Both the position numbers and the translations under genes were made by a program. DNA of 54,241 bases, filler included, from Ionaspis alba (lineage: Eukaryota): assembly GCA_964255285.1 (NCBI GenBank). It is 3 parts of 3 records of this genome, joined end to end, with 100 filler letters (N's around TTAATTAATTAA, not from the genome) between each part and the next. Parts side by side here need not be neighbours in the genome. Positions count along the whole stretch, not along the records: positions 1 to 18,073 come from CAXUUL010000299.1; 2 more parts are not named here. One strand, 5' to 3'. The notes beneath the pieces were generated by a model. The model searched no databases and was not told where the DNA came from. It saw only the letters and a program-made list of their open reading frames with translations. This document shows, piece after piece, positions 1 to 10,944 of this stretch; positions within the stretch are counted from its first letter, which is position 1, and each line of letters starts with the position of its first letter.

Positions 1-390
1 GGAAGATCCAATGATGGTGGGTGGCCTTGTGCTGAAGCGGCTTGTGCTGGTGGTTTGGGACGAGGGTAGAGCGGCGGTTTAGACGAACCGGGTTGGCGAT
101 TGGGACTTGATTGGCCAGAGCCGAGAATGGCGGGCGATCTAGACGAAACGGGTTGGGGGTTGATACTTAATCGGCTGAGGCCGAGAGTGGCGGTCCTGTC
201 ATCCCCTCCTTGAGCGGGGGCTTTGCCCTTATGGCCATTTGTTGGAGCGGCCTTTGCTGGTAATCTGCGATGGGGGTAGATGGGCGGTTTAGACACACCG
301 CGTAGGGGGTCGGGGTTTAATCGGCCAGATTCGAGCATGGCGGTCATGCGATCCCCTCCTTGAGCGGAGGCTTTGCCCTTCTGCCCTTTT
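1..390 (-). repeat. Imperfect coding tandem repeat (~150-nt unit plus a ~60-nt internal sub-duplication)
   Basis: ATCCCCTCCTTGAGCGGRGGCTTTGCCCTT occurs at 201 and 351. GGCGGTTTAGAC occurs at ~73 and ~283. Peptide units G[Q/H]KGKA[S/P]AQGGD and SKPP[I/L]YP recur. Confidence 0.85.
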
Positions 391-571
391 GAGAAACCAG
401 GCCCGAGCTTTGTACGGCGCAGGAGGGGGTCATTGTTGACCTGGAAACTGGGAAGGGCAGCCACTGTACGATACTGAAGTTAGCTTTGATCAAGAGGCTT
501 GGTCGGCACAGTGATCTGTTCTAGGACACCGAACCTGCAGCAATGAATGAGAGAAAAACGAGATAGCGCAT
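1..571 (-). CDS. Secreted tandem-repeat protein (effector-like or Kex2-processed-precursor-like), truncated at its 3' end by the window edge
   Basis: Manual reconstruction: exon 1 571-535, intron 534-464 (GTTCGG...GCTAAC...TACAG), exon 2 463-1 open to the edge. Translation MRYLVFLSFIAAVAALPSFQVNNDPLLRRTKLGPG... has a signal-peptide-like start. Absent from the ORF track because there is no stop codon in the window. Confidence 0.75.
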
Positions 572-1507
572 GGCGCTGGTCTATCAAATGCTCGCAGGAA
601 TCGTGTTCTTCATCAACTTGAGGGAGGTTGAGCGCAGCTCGAAGAATATAGCAAAAACCACGGAAAGTGGAATAGTCGAAGCCAGAGCACAGCTCTTGCG
701 GCGTTGAAGAATATTGAGTATCTCTGGGATGAGGTTGCTGGAGAAGTCCATGGTATGTAAGTCTCCTCCTTATACACGATCCTATATCCCCGCTAAGTCT
801 GGACGAGAAACATAATGTTGTGCTTGACATTGTGTCTCACAAAACCCTGTGGTGGTTAGCTAGCCACGTCGAAAACGTAGATGCGAAATTTCTGAATAGG
901 AACAAGTGCGTAGCTTTCAATGGGGCTATTGCAGTTTCATAGACGCAGTTGGGCTGCTGTGGACCAAGTCGTTGGGACTGTAGAGGTCTCAAGCTTCTGC
1001 GACAACCTCTCCGTCTCCAATACTCGTGACTAAGAGCCATGGTGGAGCAGGCAATGATGTATAGTGCGGTGTTGTTTGTTTTGGACTTGAATCGCGACCT
1101 AGTATCTAGTCGAGTTGTCATTCTTTGCACTGGCTATGCCGTGCACAACTAGACATGATCTGTTGGCAGAGCATAGGGCGAGGTAGAAATCCGGTCATGG
1201 ATGTGCCCAAATCAAGGCTGGCGCCGAATTCGAGCGCCAAGTCTTTTCCATCGCATAAAGAATAACGCGTTGGTCTCCTCTTGCGCGACTCTCAGATTGC
1301 TGCGCCGTTCACCTATTGCTGGAGGAGTGGATTTGAAGCCAACAACTCCATATCCATTCGTAATCTGGGCTCCGCGTAAAGATTGATTGGGGCGATGAAA
1401 AGTGGCACCTGCCGGGTTCAATGCGAAGCATGCGAGAGGCACACGAGCGGTGGCAAAAAACCGGCAAGTTGAAAGAAAAGCGTTCCGTATCTTCTTCATT
1501 CCGAATG

Positions 1508-2410
1508 TCATTATATCCTGTATCCTTCGTCAAATGCTCGTACAATCATGGTCAATGAATTGCCAAAGCTCGTCTACGGTCGGTCGCTTAATTCCGAATT
1601 GCCCAAGAAGTTTGTCAGAGGCTCTCCATCAGACCAAATGAAGGTTTGGTTTCACCATATTCTCAAGAGTCTATTGTGCTTGGCTTCTATAGCTTTCCGC
1701 TGCTCAAGGTTTGAACGAGCAGCCAAAAGAACATGCACTGTATTACGCAGCCATCAGCTGTTTCCATCATCATGCGCAGGGCCTTGGTCCAGGAGAGTTG
1801 AGCAGTCTTGCATTCTATTCTTAAATCCTGGGGGACATTTTCCTATATCCATCCCTACAGCGTACAGGATGCGGTCTGAGGCAAGCAGTCTCGCCCCGTT
1901 TACCCAAGACTCATACATCCGTTGGATTTGTTGATCCGAAGTATTCATTCTCAGATAGGCGCTGCTCTTGTGGCAGAAGTCGTTTCCAGCTTGTTGTAGC
2001 TTTTTGCATTCATGGGTGGGTCACATATTCAGCTTTCTTTTGTCCTCATCTAATGAGGAGTTCATGTTATCTTTGTCAGATCTCGCAAGCCCGGAGTTTG
2101 AGCTGTTTTCGCGACCCTTATGAGGTATGGACTGCAACCACAATTCTGTAACACAAGCATACTCCCTATGGTTCTAGAACCATAGCTTCTCTGGGTGCCA
2201 CTGATGATCTACATGCTTCATAATGAACCCCGCAGGTGGATTCCATCCAAGCTCAACACCCGATACTTGCATGGTCTTTTCCGAGGGTCTTACCCTCTGC
2301 TCACCCGATATGTAACCCTCGCATCCTCCTATCGATCCCTTTACCAGGCCGAATGCAAGCATCTTATCATTGCCAAGCAAAGGTACATAATCTATTCGAT
2401 CACATTGTCA
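1508..2410 (-). pseudogene. Possible decayed gene relic of unknown family
   Basis: ORFs 2174-2380 and 1754-1948 share one frame that runs ~300 codons with only 5 internal stops (TAG 2174, TGA 2021, TGA 1754, TGA 1652, TAG 1574). Confidence 0.35.
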
Positions 2411-2851
2411 TTCATTCGTTCATCCTTGCCTAGTAGCACGCCTTCCAAAGCACGCACGCAGTGCCTAGGAGTTTTCCCGTCCTCGAGCCAGATCAAGCAC
2501 ATTGCTAGAACCACTCGGGGCTCGACATTCCATCCGACGAAACGCGCGTTACACAAAGCTGCCTTCCACCGCTTGGCGTGCCTTGCAGACGTCTTGGCCA
2601 TGATGCCGCACTTTCGATTCCTCCATATCACTGGATGCACTTCTGCATCGTCTTTAGTTCAGGAGTCGTGCAGAAGTTCTCAATGACGACTTCGACGCAG
2701 CCAAGCAGGCCGTCCTACGCAACGGTCCGCTGCGCATGCGAGGTCCATCTCCCTCAACAGCCAGATTAACGTACAGCCCTGATTAATTCTAAGATTGCCG
2801 CAACATTGTATTTTCAATCGTTGATCGGTAGATTTCGCTACAATTCAGACT

Positions 2852-3238
2852 TTGCGTAGCTTACTTGTTCTACTTTTCAGCAGCATCACCATTCAGCTCA
2901 CCTCGATGTTTTCCTATGTTCCCTCTCTCAATGCCTCTTTCGAGCGGGACATTCATCCAGTATTTCAGTCTACCCCCACGCTTTCCACTCCACCCTTCAC
3001 TCCCAGGCCACTTCATCGCCGCATCAACCGTCAGGCTAAGCTAGATAGCCTCACGCACAGAGCCGCTTATCAGTTCCACAAGCTCGATAATGCGCGCGTT
3101 AAAAAGCAGCAACAGCGTAAGGATCTCTCTTGGCTACATCGACCAGATCTTGGCTGCACAACCTTGGCAGACCAAGTGGAGTACCCTACGGATATGATTG
3201 AGGGACCAAGTCACGCAGCAGATACGGTGAGATACTGA
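2852..3238 (+). CDS. Possible small secreted-type ORF or pseudogene (TTG start)
   Basis: 128-codon ORF with a hydrophobic N-terminus (RSLLVLLFSSITIQLTS) and an LHRR dibasic site; no family recognised. Confidence 0.25.
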   Translation: MRSLLVLLFSSITIQLTSMFSYVPSLNASFERDIHPVFQSTPTLSTPPFTPRPLHRRINRQAKLDSLTHRAAYQFHKLDNARVKKQQQRKDLSWLHRPDLGCTTLADQVEYPTDMIEGPSHAADTVRY

Positions 3239-3696
3239 TCTACCGACGAATGAAATGGATTCAGATCTACGAGGGCTTTGGTTCGCCATTTCTGAATCGA
3301 TAGAATCAGCCACGAAGTTCTCAACAGAAAATCACATGTAAGTCCAAGTACTCAAAAATCAACGTTAATATTTTTTTGGCCGGATCGGCCTCTGATCATT
3401 CATGTGGACACCTTTGAAGAGGGTTTCCGGAACAACTGTCGCTCGCCATAAACGACCATAGTTGAACGGACAGGCCAAGCCACGTCTATTGTGTCTCGAA
3501 AATCCTGTGAAACACCGGTCTGCTCAATGCGTATCCTTCCTGTATGAGCTCGGAAGATTCCATAGATGCCCACTTCTCTTCGCCATATTCACAGTCCCTG
3601 ATCAGCCTGTCATTTCCCACAGTCCAAGAACGCCATGCCAATGATCCAGCTCCACAGTCCTCCGGTGATCATTCGCCCAATCGCCTACGGCTCCTG

Positions 3697-5246
3697 TTAC
3701 TGCACAGTAACTTTGTCCCCTCCTCGTTCAACATCTTCCTTGCGCTCCGGCTCCTCTACCCTCGCCTTCCTATTTGCAGCTCGCTTGCTCCACCAAGCCA
3801 TGCTCATCGCCACGACAGCGCCCACGAAGCACCCACCCGTCCACCATCCAACTGCTTCAACCCCACATTTCCGGTAAATGGCTCCTCCTACCATAGGCCC
3901 CACCAGCGATCCTGGCGCGCTAATCAGATACATCAGACCGGTCCAGCCACCCAGGGAGGTAGAGTGTGTCGGAGGGACGATATAGGCAATGGCCATGGCA
4001 GGAAGACCGATGATAGCTCCGGAGGATGTACCGTAAAGTACACTGAAGGCGATGGCGGCCCCGGTATTGGGCGTGAAAGGCCAGTAGAGCATGGCGAGGA
4101 AGGCCCCGAACAAGGTGAAAGCTGCGTGGGTCGTGATTGGATTACAGTATTTCGAAGCAATCCCACCGCCGGCCATTCTTCCCAAACAGCTGCTTCCATT
4201 CATGATGACCAGGAACCAAAATGATCGGAATCCTGAACCGCCAGGCACTTCACCTGTTCCCGTGGCGACATCCTCAATTGTGCCCAATTGCTTTTTCTGA
4301 GCCCAGATGGTAACGAGGAATGGCAGAGCGTAGTATCCCATGAACATCATGAATATTGACGTTGCGTACCATTGAAAGACAGAGTTACGTGCAGCAGCAA
4401 CATCTATCCAGGTAAAAGGGCGGAAGAAGGCATCAAGAGGGCGTTTGGCGATGGCCGGGTTGGGAATACCACCGACGAATGCGATGAACGTCGTTCCGCT
4501 AACCATAATTGTGAAGAGCCGGACAGCGGTTGGGAAACCAAAGCTCGAGATCAGGAACTTGATGGCCAGGGGGTAGACAATGCCTCCTGCAGCTGCTCCA
4601 CACGAAGTAATACCGACAACGACGTATCGGTGTTGCGGGAACCACTGTGTCACGTTCTGCGAGCTGTAGGTGAAGAAGCAGGACATGCCCACTGCCGCGA
4701 TCGCCGAGCACAGCCAGATGGACCAGTAGGTGCCATTGCCCAGACCGCCGTTCCCGCTCGTGAAGCTGAGTCCGAGAAAGCCAATCGTCAGAAGTCCCCA
4801 GCCGGCGAACCCAACGTAGAAGTGCCGTCTCGCATCTAAGAGACGACCAGCGAAAGGGGAGAGAGCAAGGATAAGGAAGCATTGGGTGCTTCCTATCAGG
4901 GTCAGCTCCAGGGGTGTGATGTTGGGCAACAGATGCTTTTCATAGTGCCCCAGGAACGCTCCGTAGGCGTTTATGAGCCCCCTAAAGACGTCATCAGTAT
5001 GTTGTCCGAGCCAAGACGGGTGTGGTATGAGGTATTGTCAGGTGTAAGATGCTCGCCATACCAACTGTTGAACATCATGAAGAAGCCTGCGATTATTGCC
5101 ACGTATGGCCTCCACCCTTTTGGCAAGACCAACTCATTGCTGGTCGTCTTGTCCTGTGGAGTTGATGACCCCGAGGAAGCTGTGGCTGTCCGATCCTTCT
5201 CGAACAAAGCAGGCATCTGGCTTGCCAATTGAGTAGTTTGAGACAT
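3697..5246 (-). CDS. MFS transporter, monocarboxylate porter (Mch/MCT-like) family
   Basis: Exons 5246-5062 and 4981-3697 splice to FMMFNSWGLINAYGAF. Motifs FAGRLLD, VTQWFPQHR and GITSCGAAAGGIVYP, with about 12 hydrophobic segments. Confidence 0.9.
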
Positions 5247-6838
5247 TTCCGCAGCTTCAGATGATGGCTAGGGGTGAAAGAGGAGGAAGATTTCCAGATG
5301 ATGCTGTGTTGTGGAAGATGGTAAGATTTATTCTAGGATTCACGATTTGAGGAGACGAGAATGTTAGGAAAGAACGTGTTCGTATTAAGAGGACGGAATC
5401 ATATATTGAGATAGAGAAGGAAGTCACCAAAGAGGGAGCGGACTGTTTATATAGGCGCAATTGAACACTCGAGAACATTGGCACCAAGAGAACCGCATAG
5501 GACGAGATAAGAAGACCTGCATATCGCCCCACATGTGCTGTCTCACCAGAACTCTGCATCGTACCATAAGATCCACACAGCCATCGCATGATTACACAAC
5601 AAAAAAGATGCTTTGGCTAACCTCGATGGTCCTCGTTCCTGACCACAGATTGATCCCACCCTTAACCTGATTCTAGATCAAGGTCCATTTTGAATTGTCG
5701 GAAAACCCAAGATCACGTCAATAATGCGGAGGACTAGGCTTTGCATCAAGAACTATCATTGCGGATATGGAAACTTGTGAGTATGTGTTCCGCCACAGCC
5801 AATCACTTGCCACACTAATCTGCGATCTAATGAAATCAGACCTTCACGGCCTATGTGTAGTCTACCATGGTTCACTTCGCCAGGAGTCGAACGCCTTGTG
5901 GGGCTTCTTCACAAACTCAACATCAACACTCTCAAAGCAGACAAGAAACTCTCCACAGCAAAAGTCAATGCTCGAACGATTCTCGAAGGTATAGACCAAC
6001 ATCAACTACCTCATCCTCAAGATCCGAACCATGGTCATTTGCACTTTCCAGGCTTGTAAAACATCATAAACATTAAAAGACCAATGCTGCAGGAGCTAAA
6101 AGCTCTCCGTGATGAGTACCTTCCCTGGAAAGCGAAGCCTGCGACTAACCAAATATGATGGTTTGTGTTTTCGATAGCCATGGTAGATCATGCACAAATT
6201 CGAGAACAATTAATTGGAAATCCTCGGCCGTACACGAGGTTTGGTATTGCTCATACGTGTACTCGTAAGATCAGACATTCCAAACTTGCCAATATAATGA
6301 GATGAATAGTACATGCATTTTGAGTAATACCAATAGTGGTAACAGAACTGGTGCAGCGATTCATCAAGCGCCACCGGCGCTTGCCTTGGCGCCATCATAG
6401 GATAAATCTTTTCCGGGCGGCAACAACAATTATCCGCTGTCTGATGTGAGTGGTGGGAATTAGTGGTGAGCAACGCGGCATGGATTGAACAACGCATCCA
6501 GCATCATCCTCGGTCCTGCCCTCATATACGAGATGTTCTCGGACTTCGACTTCACAGGACCTGGGACTATGATGTGCAGAGGAGGATGTATCTCAGATCA
6601 GCGCTTAACATCCGATGCTAGACATTGAAGCAGCGAAATTCACTTCAACAACAACAACAACTACAACAAAAGGATTCGATCCATGCCGCAGCAGTCCACA
6701 CATTCGATTTACCACACCACATCACTGCAAACTATCAAGAGGCAGCAGATATCGATGCCGTTTGTTTCTGTACTGGTCACGAAACATAAACTCTGAGCCA
6801 CATAATCGCAACCATCTTCCTGTTCTCAGCATACAGTC

Positions 6839-9439
6839 ATGCCTTCCAAGGTCCACGACAAGGATCTGGATCGTGACCAGGGTAGCACAGAGCGTCGAGA
6901 GAAGCGAAGACACAAGTCAACACGCACGAAGCGGAAGAGCTCGTCCAGAGATGAGGACAGGGATCCCATAACGCTGGAACGAAGCTCTACGCTGGCCGGC
7001 TCCACAACGAGGAGAAGATCATCGATGCCAGTACCAGAGCTACAACGTCGAGCGTCGTCTATCTCGCCTCGAGGCAGCAAAGTGAGCCTGCCGTACCCAT
7101 CCTTCTCGAAAGCACACAGTCGCGAAGACGTTGGGAATAAAGAGATTATTGGTACCACCAGGCAGAATATATTTACACCTGACCCAACCGATCTTCAGCA
7201 ACGGAAAAACAGTAAAGAAGAGAGGCCAGCAGGAGAAACAGAAAGTGGTGGTGCGATGAATGGACCTCCAAGTCCTCCCTTGACTGCGGTAGACCCAGCA
7301 GTGGCCGTCGAAGAGAAACGGCAGAATCTGGAAGCCACAGCCGAGGAAATGAGGCGGAAGTTGAGTGAAGGGAAGGATGTTAAAGCGAAGGTGACTGTTA
7401 AAACAAGATCTTCGTCGGCACGGAGTAGTCCCTGGCGCTCTAGCAAAGGGCTTGAAGGGTCGACACTGTCTTCAACCCATAGGTCTAAGCCGAGCACGCC
7501 AACGAAGATGAAGCCAAAGCCTGCTACTGTGGATGACGGTTCTTCGGTGGCAAGTCGACGCAAGAGTAGATCTCCATCTCCAACTCCATCTTCACAGGTC
7601 GGAACCGAAGCGAGGACAGCGTCTACGATCGATTCGGATACAACCTCTATTGCTCCTCTGCAGCATACTAGGCAAGAGCCATTCAGCCCAGATGTGGAGA
7701 ATGAATCATCTCCTCCCACAAATCCTGACTCTTCCCCAAGAACTCCTACACCCAGAGGTACTCCATATCGCCCAGGCAGCAAGGAACCGCAAAACATATA
7801 TGCTGTACCCGTCGGTCTCGGACAGTCATTGGATATGGAGGACTCCCCAATGCCACCTCCCCCTCCACCACCTCCACCGGTACCGTTCCAAATACCTAGA
7901 GTCGACTATTTGATGCAGAACGGTGGACTACAGCATGCTGTATCCAAGAGCCTTGTCTTTGCACCAGAGCCATCAAAAGCACCGCAGACCACTATCAGCG
8001 ATCTGCCAAACCCAACGATTATGGCAGCACAAGTGGAAAGAATTTTTTCACCATTTAATATTCTGCTCGATAACTACGAAAAGGTCATGTCTAAGAATGG
8101 ATCTATTGCCGTGGCAACCGGCTACAGATCTATCGCTCGTCGTCTACTCGATCGTCTCGAGGCTGTTTTTGCTCGAGATATATCTTCAGAAGTATGCACA
8201 TGCGCGATCTGTGAAACGTTTCAGGACGACAGTTCCACCCTTGAAGACGAAAGGGGACTCAGCTGGGGAGAGATCCTAGAGTACGTCTGTGGCCGTCGAG
8301 ATTTGCCGCCTTGGCCTGCATTTGCGCTGGACCGCGGGCCAGTAGGGCTAGGCATCTTATCAGCAGAACAACGCTCGCCGATGCAGAAACTTGATATCGA
8401 TGTCCCTGACGAATATAGAGAGCATTATATCCGCCAGTCGAAAAAGACAAAGATTCTTGTCGATCGCTGGCTGGCGGGTCAATCCACTGATTCTATTAGC
8501 CCTCCCGATGATGCCGACGACGATACTCTTACCTTTGCTATACTTACTCATCTTGAGCCTACCCAACGTCCATTATTCAAAACCTTACTCGGCGTCGCTG
8601 AATCACGTCCTCCCTCCCGCAACCCAGCTTCCAGAACCCCAACTCCTTTGAATATGCCAGAATCACACCTTCTCTCCAACACTGCCCTAGCCATCCAACG
8701 TCTTTACCGACTTGCCTCCCCACCCCGCGCTCCTGAATCCGCTCTCTATCTCCTCAATAACCCTCCGCTCCACAACGTCCTTGCCACACTTGCCGCAATC
8801 TCTGACGGCGAATGGCACCTGCTCACCTCGGGCCGCTTCGATGGCTTCCTCCGCTCAGGTGCCGAAGACGTACCATCTCCCGCTGTCTCCCGAAATCCGA
8901 CACCTGCAGCAACAGGCCGTGCATCTCGCGGTCCGACACCGGCACCTCAATCCTCAACGCCAGCACCAGGTTCCGTTGGAGCGCCCGTCGCAATGGACGA
9001 GGAAACCGAAATCGCCGTCCTCGCGGAAATCGAGCGCGAAATCTACCTCGGCATGGAAGCCCTCGAAGATGCTTTCGAAGCCTTGCATTGCAAGGCCGAA
9101 GTCGTGCGCCGCACACTACGCGAGCGCGGTGCTGGTCTCTCCATGGCTTCTCAAGCTCGGAGAGGAGGTGCGAACACTTTGGAGGCCCGGCTTGGCACGC
9201 CAGCTAGTGCGGTTGGTGGATCGAGAGGCTGGGATAGTGAGACTGATGATGGCTTTGACGACCTTGGGAGTGAACTCGCGCCGGACGATAGTGCGAGTAA
9301 TGTTAGCCGCAGTCGGGTCAGAAGGCCGAAGAGGAGGAATGAGAGGAGGACGCCGGCGCCTGTGGAGGAAGAAGATGAGGGACAGGAGTGGGGACATGGA
9401 CACAGGAGTGCGTTGGGAAGGGTTGGCGGGCGGAGATGA
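6839..9439 (+). CDS. Uncharacterised fungal protein, 866 aa: disordered Ser/Pro/Arg-rich N-half and a probably folded central/C domain
   Basis: Intronless 866-aa ORF with a polyproline tract, then VATGYRSIARRLLDRLEAVFARDIS-x-CTCAIC and a coiled-coil-like EIEREIYLGMEALEDAFEALH segment. Confidence 0.85.
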   Translation: MPSKVHDKDLDRDQGSTERREKRRHKSTRTKRKSSSRDEDRDPITLERSSTLAGSTTRRRSSMPVPELQRRASSISPRGSKVSLPYPSFSKAHSREDVGNKEIIGTTRQNIFTPDPTDLQQRKNSKEERPAGETESGGAMNGPPSPPLTAVDPAVAVEEKRQNLEATAEEMRRKLSEGKDVKAKVTVKTRSSSARSSPWRSSKGLEGSTLSSTHRSKPSTPTKMKPKPATVDDGSSVASRRKSRSPSPTPSSQVGTEARTASTIDSDTTSIAPLQHTRQEPFSPDVENESSPPTNPDSSPRTPTPRGTPYRPGSKEPQNIYAVPVGLGQSLDMEDSPMPPPPPPPPPVPFQIPRVDYLMQNGGLQHAVSKSLVFAPEPSKAPQTTISDLPNPTIMAAQVERIFSPFNILLDNYEKVMSKNGSIAVATGYRSIARRLLDRLEAVFARDISSEVCTCAICETFQDDSSTLEDERGLSWGEILEYVCGRRDLPPWPAFALDRGPVGLGILSAEQRSPMQKLDIDVPDEYREHYIRQSKKTKILVDRWLAGQSTDSISPPDDADDDTLTFAILTHLEPTQRPLFKTLLGVAESRPPSRNPASRTPTPLNMPESHLLSNTALAIQRLYRLASPPRAPESALYLLNNPPLHNVLATLAAISDGEWHLLTSGRFDGFLRSGAEDVPSPAVSRNPTPAATGRASRGPTPAPQSSTPAPGSVGAPVAMDEETEIAVLAEIEREIYLGMEALEDAFEALHCKAEVVRRTLRERGAGLSMASQARRGGANTLEARLGTPASAVGGSRGWDSETDDGFDDLGSELAPDDSASNVSRSRVRRPKRRNERRTPAPVEEEDEGQEWGHGHRSALGRVGGRR

Positions 9440-10078
9440 TATGGGGAGGAATGTAAAATGTATACTTGTTTGGGGAGAGTGGCGTCGATGCTGGTCGGAA
9501 GGTGGTTTACGCAGCGATTATGGTGGCTATGTGTACGAATACTGCAACGTGTTTGACTTGGTTCTCGGATATGACACCTGAAACGAAGGGAATGGAACCA
9601 TGGCGCAGTCATTGTTCTAATGTGTGCTACAGTCATGAAACGTATCGCATACACGATTTCAGAATGGGTTGTACTTCTATTCATAGTGAAGATCACGTGT
9701 GCTATATATATATCTATATACATATATCCATCCAAAGGACTGTATCCTGATTAAAAACTCCTACTTCTCGGTCTGCTTCTAACAATAGCCGGATACGCAC
9801 TCGATGCTGACGTCCGCCAAGCCCTGTTCTGGACTCTTCATCGTTGTCTCATGGCTGTGTGTATAAGCATATCCATGCGAATGTCAGCCGCGTCTGTCCC
9901 GTACGAGCTCGATTGCGACGGCATTAGTACCGTATAAGCCAAGCGGTTGCACAGTAATGCCAATGCGGTCAAATCAAAAGTCCCCAGCGTAAAGAAAAAG
10001 AAAGCATATGGTGCTCTCATGCTGGAACGACCCTTTGAGCACCACCAAAATTGTCAGTCTTCACTTCGAGCGCCCCTA

Positions 10079-10474
10079 ATGTCCAGCTCCACGACCCCAT
10101 CATCCGCTCCCCGGAAGGCAGAGCAAGACTATCCCCCAACCTCAGAGTCCATTATCACACGTCTAATCTACAACCCTCTCTTCTTTATCTCCTTCGCTCT
10201 CTCCCTCCTGCTAGTCGACAATCGGAACTACGACCGCAGCCATAGCCACAAGCACTACTCCGAGAGCAACAGCGATGACGGGACTCAGAAGAAGAAAGAA
10301 CCTTGGATATGGAGAGCTAAACACCGGAAAGTGGCGCGCATGGAGTTGGGAGAAGCGTTGGAGATAAGAAGATGGGTTTTGATGGGATTGATAGGGGGGA
10401 TGCTTGGTGGAATGCTTGGGTCATGGTTTTTGATGAGGTGGGGTTGGGGAATGGTGTTGGAGTGGATGAGGTGA
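10079..10474 (+). CDS. Small membrane protein with two predicted TM segments, function unknown
   Basis: ATG 10079 (MSSSTTP...) is the likely start; an in-frame ATG also sits at 10019. TM-like segments NPLFFISFALSLLLVD and WVLMGLIGGMLGGMLGSWFLM. Confidence 0.7.
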   Translation: MSSSTTPSSAPRKAEQDYPPTSESIITRLIYNPLFFISFALSLLLVDNRNYDRSHSHKHYSESNSDDGTQKKKEPWIWRAKHRKVARMELGEALEIRRWVLMGLIGGMLGGMLGSWFLMRWGWGMVLEWMR

Positions 10475-10844
10475 TTGGGAGGAAACACTGACTGGTTTTG
10501 AATGGATATGAGATATGGATAGGATGATCTTGATGATATGAATGACGGTGATGGAGAACTTGGTTAGGAATCTGGTTAGGTCCGGGGGCCGGGATGATTG
10601 AACAGGTCCATTTGAAAGACCTGCTTGATTGAGTAACATCTCTATCCGACAGGCAACTGGAGCAAGATATCATACATGTCTTGGGCGGGCATGTCCACGA
10701 TTTGTGGCCCTTGCTAATCTAGATCTGGTCCTTTTCGCTGGCGGTGGATCAATACTTACCTGTTTGGGGGGTGCTTTGCCTCGCTATCAGACGTTCATCT
10801 TGCTTCAACTCACCGCGACATAAGGCTGCACCATGCGAGGACCG

Positions 10845-10944
10845 NNNNNNNNNNNNNNNNNNNNNNNNNNNNNNNNNNNNNNNNNNNNNNNNNNNNNNNN
10901 NNNNNNNNNNNNNNNNNNNNNNNNNNNNNNNNNNNNNNNNNNNN
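10845..10944. other. Assembly gap (100 N)
   Basis: Run of N. Confidence 1.

Noticed and set aside
1..390. Spaced direct repeats that might suggest a CRISPR-like array
   Set aside because: The repeats are imperfect, keep the reading frame and lie inside a eukaryotic exon; there are no unique spacers or cas genes.
3544..4839. Long plus-strand ORFs (226 aa, 155 aa) opposite the MFS gene, and similar shadow ORFs over other genes (8712-9581, 20410-21069, 41625-42161)
   Set aside because: These are antisense or alternate-frame shadows of real CDSs with no recognisable motifs.
6646..6670. (CAA)n tract; also TA-rich tract ~9703-9727 and (GA)n ~28555-28575
   Set aside because: Short ordinary microsatellites in UTR or intergenic DNA.
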